Part shown: positions 29,790-42,518 of the stretch, piece after piece
Layout: every line of letters starts with the position of its first letter
How positions within the stretch are numbered: the first letter of the stretch is position 1
Position numbers and translations under genes: made by a program
Notes under the pieces: model-generated
The model's input: the letters and a program-made list of their open reading frames with translations, nothing else
What the model was told of the DNA's origin: nothing
Databases searched by the model: none
Assembly: GCF_008831285.2 (NCBI RefSeq)
Contig: NC_045138.2
Span: forward strand, 10,106,001 to 10,170,000
DNA length: 64,000 nt
Source of the DNA: Nymphaea colorata
Taxonomy: Eukaryota
Reading direction: 5' to 3'

Positions 29790-31362
29790 TCAAGTTTACT
29801 GTACTTGGTTGTACGTCCATCCTTACCCAAGTTATACAATCATTGGCATCTATACCATCCAAATTCTATATTGGAAATGGCTCTGCATCATGAAAGGTAT
29901 TTTTGGTATTATCCACTTGATCATCTTTGACGAAGTGTTGGTTGTACATGTTGTACAAATCTCTAAGTCTTGTCCTAATAATAATGTGTCGATCTCCAAT
30001 CCATAAGATCTTGAACACAAAATACATGTTATGCTTGATATAAGGTTCTCCAAACATGCATGCAAACTTAAAATTAACAAGAGAGCACCCAAATTCATCA
30101 TTTTTTTGTCTCACAAGAATTAAGAACATCGAACCAGTTTCACTTAAACAAAACAAACTTCACATCTCTAAAATATTCTAATTCTATAATTTCAGTTATG
30201 ACTCTATAATAAGTCACATCACCAAAAACTGGCCCATGATCTCTAGCACTGTAAAAAACTCAAAGTTTGTGTCGTGTCAATGATTCCATTATTTTGAGTT
30301 TTGGACGTTGACTCCTTATCCTGAGTGGAATCAAAATCCAATTGTAGTGAAACTTTTGTATCTCTTTGGCATCATTTGAAGTTTCTATGATAACCATGTG
30401 AGTTCTTCAGTGATACCTCCAATAGCACATTCTTTAGAAAGTTGACGAATCTATCATATAAATTAAATATATTATGTTAATCAGTACATAGACACACATA
30501 CATATACACATATTTTCTTAGAAAGATATAAATGTTTCAGGATTACAAACATACATGATTATGAAACTAGTCAAAAAACAAATCCTTGTGAACTCATTCG
30601 ACATCATGAGGCCTTTGATGTCATGGTTTCATCAAGTTAAGGTGCCTTCTATAATAGCAAATATATTAGGAAAGAAAAACTAAAACTGCAAGCCTTATGT
30701 ATAGAAAATCAACACAAGTAAACTAAAGATCTTACTGTAGATAAGGTGCCACTAAACCATTATTGAATAGAACAAATGTATATGCTTATTTCAAACTTAA
30801 GTTATCAAGCATGAATCCCTCCATTTCCCCTAATGGGCAGCCTTTTCTCAATGAACTATCATCAACTTCTTCATAGTTTCTTTTAGTAGGATTAAACCTT
30901 ATTCCAATGCCAACGAAGTATCTTGAACGAAATAGGAGACATTCTTCAGCAATTGAACCTTTAGTTGACTTTTATTGCCTATATAATACTTTCAATTTGG
31001 GAAAATACCTACAAAAATATTTAGGTAAGTTTCAAATACCTTTACAATTTACAATGAATACCATCATGTGCATGCATCTTGAAATATTTGATGGATAGCC
31101 ATCTGGCACCTTGATGAGCTTTAATATCTTACAAAACATTTGTATCTCATGTTTGTCCATTGTAAAACATGAAACTAGTAGTAGTACTTTGTTTACATCC
31201 TAGCAAATTAATGGATGAACTGCATGTTGTATTCTCATATCTTTCAAATCTGAACAAGCAGCGCCATGATTCTTTGTTTTTCCTTCCATATTTAGAAGTG
31301 TCTCCAAAATACTATCACGTATATTTTTTTCTATATGCATAACATCTAGATTATGATGTAAC
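29790..31362 (-). pseudogene. CACTA Tnp2/TnpD transposase, 3' part
   Basis: LHHNLDVMHIEKNIRDSILETLLNMEGKTK, KVPDGYPSN, SIAEECLLF and DEFGCSLVNF...EPY motifs. Confidence 0.9.
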
Positions 31363-31708
31363 TGAAAACTAGGAACAAAACTTGGAGACATAAACACTTC
31401 AAGAGATACACTCTTGAATACTCAGCAGCTTCAATAAGTTACACAAACCAAACTTCAAATTTGAGGAGAAATAAACATATATTGATCTCAAAGGGATACA
31501 AAAGAACAGGCCTCAAAGCCTTTACCAAACAAGAGAGCAATTGCACTATTTATAAAGGAGAATACACAAGGAGGAGAGAGATCTAGTAGTTGGACAAGTT
31601 CCAACGGCTAGATTTCTAGCTGTTGGGACTAGTCCTCCTTTATACAATAAGGTAAAAGTGAAAATCTGAAAATACAGAAAAGGAAAAATACATAAAGAAA
31701 GGAAAAAT

Positions 31709-31749
<41 letters not shown>

Positions 31750-34681
31750 TAGTTCACTATTATATGTAATATTCATACATGTAGATATATATAGATCGGG
31801 ATACATACATTCTAACACCTCCCCTCAAACTTATGGTGTGATGACCGAAAGTTTGCCAAAAAGAAATTGAAACCTGAGAGCAGCAACAACCTTAGTAAAG
31901 AAATCTCCTAGTTGATATTCAGATAGAACATAGAGGTCATTGTTTTTTTGAAGAAACTCTTCACCAACATAATGACAGTTCATCTCTATATGCTTTGTTT
32001 TTTCATGAAATGTGTGATTGCTAGCAATATAAATTGATATCTTTAAATAAACTTTTGAACCACACAATTTTCATTATTGTAGATGTCATGGTTTGATATT
32101 CAACTTCAGTTGATGATAGAGACATCTTGTTATATTTCTTGCTTCACTAGAAAATTAATGAATTACCTAAAAACACACAAAAACCAGCGGTGGAATGCCT
32201 ATTATTGGGGTCCCCACCCTAATCAGCATCTGTATAACAAACTAATTCTAATGTGCATTATGTTCTTCACATAATGCACAATTTGCATTGCCGCTCACAT
32301 GTGTACTGAAGTGGGCTTTTGTTGGAATTTGATTTATAACATGAACCGCATGAGTAATATCTGGTCTAATGATAGAGAGATAAGGGAGAGCACCAACAAT
32401 TTATCAAAAAGGAATAGGGTTCTCTAATATCTCTCCATCATCAATCTTTATTTTTACACGAACTTTGAGAGTGTCTACAATTTTGTTGTCTGAAATACCT
32501 GCTCTGTCAATTCATTCACTAACAAATTTCATTTGCGAAAGCAAATAGCCTCTTTTGCTAGATGCAACTTCAATTCCAAGGAAATATGTTAGCCTTCCCA
32601 AATCAGTCATTTGAAAGCAATTCTTAAAAAATTGTTTTATCTCTATTATTCTTTTATCATCATTACTAGTAAGTACCATATCATCAACATACAACAATAA
32701 AACAATTATACGCACAGAAGTATTTTGTATTTTTCACAAACATGGTAGTATCTCAATAACAAGATTGAAAACCTTGATCAAACATAACATTACTAAATTT
32801 GTCAAACTAAGCATTGAGAGCTTGTTTTAAACCATAAAGAGTTTTCTTAAGTCGTAAAACTTTGTCCTGAGGTAGATCAAGTCCAAGAGAGGTGCTCATG
32901 AAAACTTCTTCATTTAACTTGCATTTTTAACATCCATTTAGAAAATAGACCATTGTTTAGTTGAAGCAATGACAATAAGAGTTCTAACAGAGGTCATACG
33001 GGCAACTGAAGAAAAAGTCTCTTCATAATCAATTTCATATTCTTAGGCATATCCCTTAGTGACAAGTTTAACCTTATACCTTTCTAATGTCTCATCACTT
33101 CTAGTTTTGACTTTACAGATCCATCTATTCCTATGGTCATTTTTCCTATAGGTAGAGAAACAATTTCTCAAGTCTCATTACTTTCGAGGGCTTTAAGCGC
33201 ATGATTCATGACTTCAATCCAATTTAGATCTTCTTTAGCCTCAATTCTCTTCCATTTGAAGTTCAACAATAACATTATTCATAGATGGTGTTTAAAATAG
33301 TGGAGCAAGAAAGTTTTAACACCATCAAATTTGGGTCTTAGACCAATGAAAAACTTATGAAATTTATCACATTAGATTTGCTTCTTCCTAAGAATAAGAT
33401 CTTGTGCATCAACCCAATGTGGTTCAAAAATGTCCAACTCATTATATAATTGATCTATTTCAAACACATAGTCTTTAATGGATCTATCTCCTTGTTGGAC
33501 GCCGTGAACCTTGAGTTGAATATTGTGCATGCAACATCTCTCATTGTATGAGTTTTCTTTAGGTATTCCCATGTCTCTTGGGCAGAATTTAATTTTGAAA
33601 TCTACCCACTAGTAACATTGTCAGCACAAGTTAATATCCATGTAATAATCTTGTGATGACCTACATTCCATTCTTCCCACTTCTTATTGTACTCAGCCAC
33701 AAGTTTTTCTTTTTCCATTCCATCTAATTCCGGAGCCCTTCCATCAACAACTTTGGTCAAGACTAATTGAGGTTCAATTTTTGTCCCATCGACTAGTCCC
33801 CAAATGCTCTTACTACAAATGAAATGCTCCATAGTTCTAGCCCATTGGATATAGTTTGTTGATGAAAGTTTAGGAAATGGAAGAGATGAAACTTTGTCGT
33901 AATTGAGCACATACAATAATGATAACCTACTTACAAGTTTTGGAGAAGCTTGCTGTCACGTGAAGAAAAAGATCTCAGCACTAATAGAAAAACAGCCACA
34001 AGCACAACGACCAAGGAAGCTTGAGACAATAGTGTCAAAACAGTCACAAAGATCACCAAGAATCTACGAGAAACAATCGCCAAGGGCCAGCAAGAAAAAC
34101 AACACCTTCTTGTGCAAACCGCAGCCAGGACTTATGTCAAACAGTTGGTGTGCTTCACTGCTCCAAAAAGGCGGCATGAGCTGATTCTTCAATATTTGAA
34201 AATCGGCAAATTAAATAGCCAAACCGTGGCTCTAATACCTTGAAAACCAGGCACAAATGGAGATATAAACACTTCAAGAGATACACTCTTGAAGATTTCA
34301 GCAACTTCAATAAGTTACACAAACCAAACCTCAAACTTGAGGAGAAATAAACATATATTGATCTCAAATGGATACACAAGAACATACCTCAAAGCCTTTA
34401 CCAAACAAAAGAGCAACTACACTATTTATAGAGGAGAATACACAAGGAGAACAGAGTGCTAGTCGTTGGACTAGTTCCAACGGCTAGAAATCTAGCCGTT
34501 GGGATTAGTCCTCCTTTAGGCAATAAGGTAAAAGTAGGAGGGTAAAAGTGAAAATCTGAAAATACAGAAAAGAAAAAATTACATAAACAACCTAAGTATC
34601 CTACAAGACATATATTAGTTGACTAATATATGTAATATACATACATATAGATATATATAGACCGGGATACATACATTCTCA
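31363..34681 (-). mobile_element. Internally deleted Ty1/Copia element (3.3 kb; gag plus RT/RNase H, no recognisable protease or integrase)
   Basis: LTRs 34241-34681 and 31363-31817; TSD GTAAC at 31358-31362 and 34682-34686; degenerate iMet PBS at 34228-34240; PPT at 31818-31826. Gag: KLSSTNYIQWARTM, QQGDRSIKDY. RT: LLLYVDDM, YFLGIEV. RNase H: FHEKTKHIEMNCH, QLGDFFTK. Confidence 0.93.
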
Positions 34682-34686
34682 GTAAC

Positions 34687-36090
34687 AAGTTATGATCCTA
34701 ATATGGCAAATCAAAAAAGGATATTTTTCTTTTTCTACTGATACGGTTGACATGCTTGTTCTACATTATCCAAAACATCTAAACCATTAAGAGGGATATG
34801 AGCACATCTAATCTCAATATTACCATCAAATGATTGTGCAACCATCTCAAATTTATGATCATATGGCAAAAAGCGATGGTGACCCATATAACATTCTTTC
34901 CTACATAAGCGGGAAAGTAATTTATGTTCCATAGTAAAGCTGCTTTCATTTGAATAGTTTCTTTAAGTGACGCGTCAAATGTTTGTACACCAATGTCCCA
35001 CAATAACTTCAACTTATCTATAAGTGGTTGGAAATATACATTTATTTTCATTTTAGAAGATGTAGGTCCATGTATAAGTAATGATAATATAATATTTGAT
35101 TGTTTCATGTAATCTAGATTGGCAAGTTGTAGGGAACGTGCATGACCAGCCATATACTATAAGTGCTACTTAATGTTTGGAATGGATTAAAACCATCACT
35201 TGCTAATCCAAGTATAACATTCAGGCACTCTGAAGCAAATGATGGATGTAAGTCATCCAAATATTTCTAGGCAGCTGATTCTGTAGGATGCCTTAAATTA
35301 ACATCCCTTGTATGGCCTTCGTTATGCCATCTCATATATAAAGCTGTTTTTGAATACATGAACAACTTTTGAGGTCATGCTAAATGAAAATGTCACAATA
35401 CCTTTGCAAAAACTTTACGTTTTCTTTTTGATGATGCAATATCACTACCTCCTATGTTAATTTTCCTTCTCGATAAACCACAAATATCACATGAATTTTT
35501 GTTGACAACATCCTTCCAATATAGCATTTAATCTTCTGAGGACACATCGATCTTCTCACAAATGAGACCTAATTGCTTCAAAGAAAGACCTTTGAAATTT
35601 GACACCTTCTGGAAATACTTCTTTTAGCAATTCTCACAACAATGTGAATGGCAGTTTTTTGAACTTTTGACAACCAAGATATCACTCATGAATTGCATTA
35701 CTTGCCAACCTATGATATTTTTCAACCTCATGGTTTTCTTCTTCTATGTGGCTGCTCACATCATCAAATGCTCTCTTTGTTAAGGCGAAATTTCTGAAAA
35801 CATCATCTAACCTTTCATGCACATCATTTGCTATACTATCATTTGTATGTGGCAACATAGATTCACCATGATAATGCCAAATGTTATAAATTTCAAGAAA
35901 ACAATTCCATATCATGTGAATCATGGCAATTCTTGCCATTTGATATATACAATTACAACAATTTCGATTGGGATACTTAAGTCATTCATTGACCACTGCA
36001 TTGTATACTTATTTTAGTGAAGTCAATCTAAAGCATTCTAATAACATTATAATAATCATTCAAGCCTACCCTGAGCTACTATGAGCACCA
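34687..36090 (-). pseudogene. CACTA Tnp2/TnpD transposase, 5' part (Transposase_21)
   Basis: MRWH...LRHP...LGLASDGFNPF, LSLLIHGP...INVYFQPLIDKLKLLW, CYMGHHRFLP and SFFDLPY* motifs, with many stops. Confidence 0.9.
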
Positions 36091-36094
36091 TGTG

Positions 36095-36147
<53 letters not shown>

Positions 36148-36359
36148 AATAGGATCTCATAAAGCTTTTACATTGTAAGATTGTTGAATCTTGATACTAT
36201 AGTAGAAAAAGACACATGATTAGATGTTGCCAAGTTCATGAAAATTTGTTTACTCGTTATCCCATTACATGTGTTCCAAAACTTCATTGATGATTCGCAA
36301 AGTGTCATATGAAAAGTTGTTTCCATTAAAAAGTGGATTATATGTGTAACTGTGAGAGA

Positions 36360-36396
<37 letters not shown>

Positions 36397-36580
36397 ACTG
36401 CAACTTCTTTTGGGAGCAACTGTACAGGTCACCACCAACCCCTTATGTGCATTTGGCTGCAATTTTGACTCCAATCAGTCCATCCATGTTGTATAAAGAA
36501 AACATGAGCACAAACTCATGGTTCAACCACTCTAGAATTCATGAATCAAGATTTGTGGATCAACATCAAACAACACAACA

Positions 36581-37085
36581 TTCACCCTTGAGGAATTCCA
36601 CAACCAAATTCAAATGCATTGAACTTGTTTCAATATTTGAAACTCAAGGAAATAAAAGGATATTTCAAAAGACAAAGATTATTCTTCAACTTGAAGTTTA
36701 TTGAAAAACACTGAAGTATGGATACATACATAAAGAAAAATTAAAAGGACAACAAAATTTTCAAATATAATTAATTTTATGTCTCTTCATGCCTATCAAT
36801 ATCATTGCCTAAATAAAAAGGAAAAAAAAAACTTCACCCTTGAGGAATTCCACAACCAAATTCAAATGCATTGAACTTGTTTCAATATTTGAAACTCAAG
36901 GAAATAAAAGGACATTTCAAAAAACAAAGATTATTCTTCAACTTGAAGTTTATTGAAAAACACTGAAGTATGGATACATACATAAAGAAAAATTAAAAGG
37001 ACAACCAAATTTTCAAATATAATTAATTTTATGTCTCTTCATGCCTATCAATATCATTGCCTAAATAAAAAGGAAAAAAAAAAAC
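36581..37085. repeat. 252-bp near-identical tandem duplication inside the CACTA
   Basis: Copies start at 36581 and 36833 and each ends in an A-run; only about 3 substitutions seen. Confidence 0.95.
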
Positions 37086-39679
37086 TATCTAAAAACCATT
37101 GGGCTAGATCCTCAATGTTCTTGATAGAAACCCATCAATGCAACCTAAGACATGGAGACACAAGTAAAAGCTAAAACAAACCGCACAAGGAAGGACAACT
37201 ATAACCAAACATATAAAAGATAACCAGTTTACTGCTGGGGATAGTTCCACCGCCATCAGCATTCAAAAAGTATAATGAATTTGACAAGCTAACAAAAACA
37301 AGTACAAAATTCAAACACTCTAAGAATGACAATCCTCAAGATAATACAATTTTAGCAGGTAGTTGGAATCCTTTCATATTAGTATCCTTTTAACAAGTTG
37401 CAGCAAACTGATGATCACTCACTCTTTCCAAACAAAAAATATGAATAACATGGTCAAGAAGTGAAGGTATGGTTCCTTGAAGAAATGAGTTTCTTTTTTT
37501 ATCTGGTTCAACAAACAGCCCTTCAAAATTGAGATGAACCCCCTTGCCATGGTTGGACTTTAGTAAGTCCAGGGATATTACTTGTTCTTCTATTCTCTTT
37601 ATTTATATTCAGGTTTGTTCTATTCGAAACCTTAACTTTCATTTGAAAACTTGCACTGTTTTAGAGTTTGGACAAAAGGGGAACAAGAACCTAGGAAATT
37701 AAAATATTGACTAAAATTTCTCAACAAAATGACCCATAACAAATTCTAGATCAAATAGCCTCATCGTGAGTATAAGAAAAAGCTTTGAAAAAGACCATTT
37801 AACTACCATAGTACAGATTTGCAGAGGATAATCATAAACAGACAATTTACTAAGCAACAAATGAACTGGAGGAAGATGTAGACAAATGGACAAGTATACC
37901 TTTTTACCAACTTATTGTGGCTCAATGGATGTAGACAAATGAAGGCATATCAATTATTTGGTTAGCAAAGAGTAGAACTAAGCCCAACGAAATCTGCACC
38001 ATGATATTGATATAAAAAAGTTGAGGATATTTCCAATGCTTATCATAAAATTGAATTGTGTCACCTTATTTTCTGATGAATTTTCACAATGACATATAAT
38101 ACATATGATGTTAACTTCTAGCACATACTAAAGGTTAGCATATCACTAGATGATCATTCCATGCATAAAATCAGTAAGCAGAACTTCAACTCAAGTTATT
38201 AATGAATGCATAATAGACTTGAAAAATAATGAAATGGCAACCAATTAGGAGTTATTTTTTGTGGCCAAAAGAATTAGTGGTTGAGCAATAAAAAGGAGTA
38301 ATGTAAAAAGATCTAAACTTCTCATCCTCACTTAATATGAAGGAATCAACAATTTTGAAAATGAACCATCGTACTCTCAATAACTATCATAAGGAAACAT
38401 CAAGGCCTTCTTTTCTTGCCTTACAATGGCATCCCAACAAATAAAACAGATGCCTTAACACATATATAGAAAACATTTGTGAAGAAGAAGATGCAACAGA
38501 CAAAAGGAGTGCGAGGAGGGAAAAGAAAATGTGGAATCATTGATGACATGCAAATAATGGAAACCAGAAGGCAAGAGCACTAATAGATAAGAAAAGTCAC
38601 CTGTTTGAAATTGGCAGTTCAGAAATATCATGATTTTGTTTCAACAAACATGATTTTGGTTATGATTTTGACAAATGGGGCACTATTGGACTGAGTGAGA
38701 TGTTTGCTTTTTGTTTAAAATGGTACATACAAAAAAAAAAGAAGATTAAGGAGAAGAAGAATAAGAAGAAGCAGAATACATAAACAAATGGCATGAGATG
38801 GGGGTGAAAGAGACAGTGCCCCCCTCCATTGCCCACCCTTGGGTTGCTGGGGTAGCAATGTTGCAGTGGGAATACGAACAGCTGCAACAAGGCGGGGTTG
38901 CAATGTCTTTTGGTCATCGATCAAGATTCACATAGAATAAGAAAGAAGAAGAAGTAGAAGAAGAAGCAACACAATAGATAAAGAAAATGTCACGACAAGG
39001 AGAGAGATAGAGGTGTGTGTGCATGTGTGAGTACCTCAAGATTGGCTGCGTCTTGCTGCATAATAGTTGCTTTAGGATTATCTTAGCCCAACGGTGAAAA
39101 TCCTGGTGCTCGCTACCAATCATTGTTATAAAGCTTAGATGGAGGACACCGATGATGCTTGAAAACCTCATACAATCAAAGGACACAGGGGACCCAAATG
39201 AAAAAATTGGGGAACACAAACCATGGGGGAAGAAAGAGAAAAGTTAGGGAAAAAACTACACAGAGAGGAAAGAGAAAAAGTTTGGGGACAAAAAACGTGG
39301 TGGGAGGAAAGTGAATTTTTTTTTCATGTTTTCAAAAGGTGAGTTGTACCGGTGAAAAAAGTTGCCGGTATACTATCGACCTATACCACCAATACAAATG
39401 GTATTTGTACAGTGATTTGATAGCCATTTACAGGTGGAAAAGTCACAAGTGTAAGTAAAATATTATAACTATGACTGCTTCACCAATATAACATTGGCAA
39501 TATAAAAATCAACGAAAAAATCACTGGTGTAAAAATGGTTTCAATAACATTCATCACCAGTATAAGCCTTGCATTATTTTCATGAAATTCAACACCATCA
39601 TATGTTTTTTACCAGTGAAATCCATCATTGCTATAATGTACCAATGATAACACCGATATAGGCATGCTTTTTGTAGCAT

Positions 39680-41870
39680 TAATACTAAAATTTTTCTTAT
39701 AATTTTCTCTGAGGACAATGCAGTCCTATTTAACTGCAACCAGAGCCAAGATAGCCAGTGGGGAAGGAAGTTATTTCACTTTTTCAATTGCTAGACCACA
39801 TGACCTAAATGCAAAGAGGTAGTCAAAAAAAGTCTAAAGCACTCAAGCACGAGAATGTCACGTGATTAAATTTTTGAAGAAACTATATATTACCTACAAA
39901 GAGTTAGACCATTGGACTAAAAATGGTTATGGCAATCCTTTTAGCAAGATTTAGGGACAGCGTTCAGAACTGAACAAGATCCAAGTTCAAGCAGATACTG
40001 GTCTTTATGATTATGAATCTGAAAAGCTCCCCAAGAATGAACTGGAGAATTGTTTAATTGAGGAGCTCTTCTGAAAGCAAAAGTCTAGAATTGCTTGGAC
40101 AAATAATGGTGAAAGGAATTCTAGGTTTTTTCAGTCAATGGTAAATAGAAATGAGCACATGAGAAGATGTTGGGCATTAAAGTCTATTGGGTTCAGTGAA
40201 GAGGACATGCATGACATGCATAAAGTCCGCTGAGATTTTATCACGTCTTTCATTAGTCATGATAATTCTGATAGAGAAGTATTTTCAAACATTGAGTCAG
40301 CCCCAAAGGTTTTTGAAGAAAAAATAAGTTGTTGTTTAAAAGAGGAGTTTTTGATAGAGTTTTATTCAGTAGGAAAAGTGGAAAGGCTACTGGCTTGGAC
40401 AGGTTTGGAGCTGAATTCCACAAAAAAATTTGGCACATTATTGGAGATGATTTGGCTGCTGTATTACGAGAATTTTTCAAGATTGAAAATTTTGTTAAGC
40501 AGATCAATAAGCACATATAGTGCTGATACCAAAATGCAATGTTGCTATTAACATAACTGATTTTAGGCAATTGTATAGTGCAGTGACTTATATAAAATAA
40601 TTACAAAAGTGATGACATATTGAATGAAATTTATCTTTGGTAAGATGTGAGCAAAGTACTTTCCTTTCTAGAAGGATCATGCAAAACTTGATTTTGCTGG
40701 TCCATGAGGTTTCAAACAGCTTGGACATATAGAACAAGCACGATGTAGTGTTTAAACTTGATGTGTCAAAGCATATGACAACTCAAGTAAGCTTTGTTAA
40801 AAAACGTCTTGCTTTTTTGGGGTTTCATGAAGATTGTGTCTGCAGTGTTATGCACCATGTGGCTTCCTATCCCCATTGATTTTCAATGTGGCTGCTGAAT
40901 CTTATTTAAGAAGTTGAAAGCTAAGAATGCAAGAAATAATATATGTATCCCCAATTTCTTGGTTCTAATATATTATCTCCTGATATTATTTTTGTAGATG
41001 ACATGATGATAGGCAAAACTATTTTTGCTGTGCAGAGTGTTATGGATAATTATGCATGCAGTCAAGGTTGAGATTTAATCCTATTAAATCATCTATCATT
41101 CCTTTTATTGTGGATGAAAATGTAGGCAATGAAATTGTATAATGGCTGGGGTGGAAGAAGGGGCAACTTCCTTTGGTGTATCTTGGAGTTCCCTTCCTTG
41201 TCGGGAAATTCAAGCATGAGTATGGACTGGGACTACTAAGTAAATCTGAAAGGAAACTTTCCAGTTGGAAGGGCAAGTTGCTTTCTTATGCAGGAGGATT
41301 TGCCTTCTGAATCATGTAACACAGCATGTGATTTATTTTAGCTAATGGTGTTCAATATTCCAAATACCATCTTTGCTAGAATTGAAAGGTCTTGTAATCA
41401 ATTTTTTGGGGAGAAGGTAGAGGACATTTCAGAATGAACCTTGTGAAGTGGAGCAAATTAGGCTTACCTTGTGAAAGGGGGTTGAAATGGTGGGTTTGTT
41501 CTGCTACAATAAGACTTTGATGCCATTCTTTGCTCTAAAAGTTAAAATTTTAAATTTGATTTGGGAACACAATTCTACAAGGAAAAGTATTTGAAGGATG
41601 GTAGTTTATGGACCATCAAAACCAAGCCTTTTATGTCTTGGGCATGGAAGAGCATTTTGACAAGGTGGGAGGAGATCTCCCATTTAGTTGAATGGAGAAT
41701 TAGGACTGGGAACTCTGTGTTGCTTCGGAATGAAAACTAGGTGCTAGGCCTATTGAAGTGTCATCCTAATGAGAGTTCAAGTCTCCGATCTATAGATTTC
41801 CATGGTGGTGGATTGTAATTTTATGAGATTTTAGAAAATATCTCTTAGATGGGACAATGTAGATTGAAGA
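39680..41870 (+). mobile_element. L1-type LINE, right part (end of endonuclease, RT, post-RT), degenerate
   Basis: SEDNAVL (SDH-like), FHFFNC*, KQKSRIAWTNNGERNSRFF, KATGLDRFGAEFHKKIWHIIG, FKLDVSK, LFFVDDM, LPLVYLGVP, WKGKLLSYAG and SWAWKSIL. Confidence 0.9.
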
Positions 41871-42111
41871 AGAGTGAGGTGGCACAATCTTATTAATTTG
41901 AATCCTAATGAAACCATTTGGATCCATTTCTAAGGTCCATCAGATCATATCTTCATATTTTAAATCTAAACACCAATGTTTATCAGATTTTGGTTCCCTG
42001 TTTTAGATCTCATAAAAATAATTTGGATCACACTAAAGTAATTTGGACCACTATAAAAGAAACTTGATCTTAGTGAAAGCGTCATTTGACTATAGTAAAA
42101 CAAGTTTTGTC

Positions 42112-42518
42112 CACAGTTGACAATTTTTTGTTTCATACATGGATCGATGGAAGAATGAGTCACCTGATCAGAGACTTGACTTGATGACTCAGTTGGATTA
42201 CGTCACAAATTTTTATGGTACGCTTTTCTATAGATAGATCACGAAAGAAAGTGTTACAAGTTCAGGTTTGATTTTTTCATTAAGTAGAATTGAATAACAT
42301 GTAATATGAATATTTGCATATACTTTTTAAAGTTTGTGATATTCGACAATGCAAAAAATAACAAACTTTAGTATTCAACAATGCACCACAAAAAAAAATC
42401 ATGTAATTAGTTGGCAATCGTAGTTGACTAGGCAAACCCTGACTTGTGATCCAGTAAATGGATGATCCTAGTATACTTAGGTGACTTGCGACTTGGACTT
42501 GTGAGTTTGCCAACTATG
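42112..42518. mobile_element. hAT-derived MITE
   Basis: TIRs cacagttgacaa and ttgccaactatg; 8-bp TSD gttttgtc (42104-42111) vs gttttatc (42519-42526); GACTT/GAGTC subterminal repeats. Confidence 0.7.

Larger units (their letters stand above)
16833..39676 (-). mobile_element. CACTA (En/Spm) DNA transposon, ~22.8 kb including nested elements; non-autonomous Pack-CACTA
   Basis: Left TIR CACTACGAAAAAAGGCCTAT at 16833; right TIR ATAGGCATGCTTTTTGTAG ends at 39676 with the terminal TG missing. TSD CAT at 16830-16832 and 39677-39679. Degenerate TCACCGGTA/TACCGGTGA subterminal repeats at ~16860-17280 and ~39345-39660. Internal Tnp2 and TnpA remnants. Confidence 0.88.
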
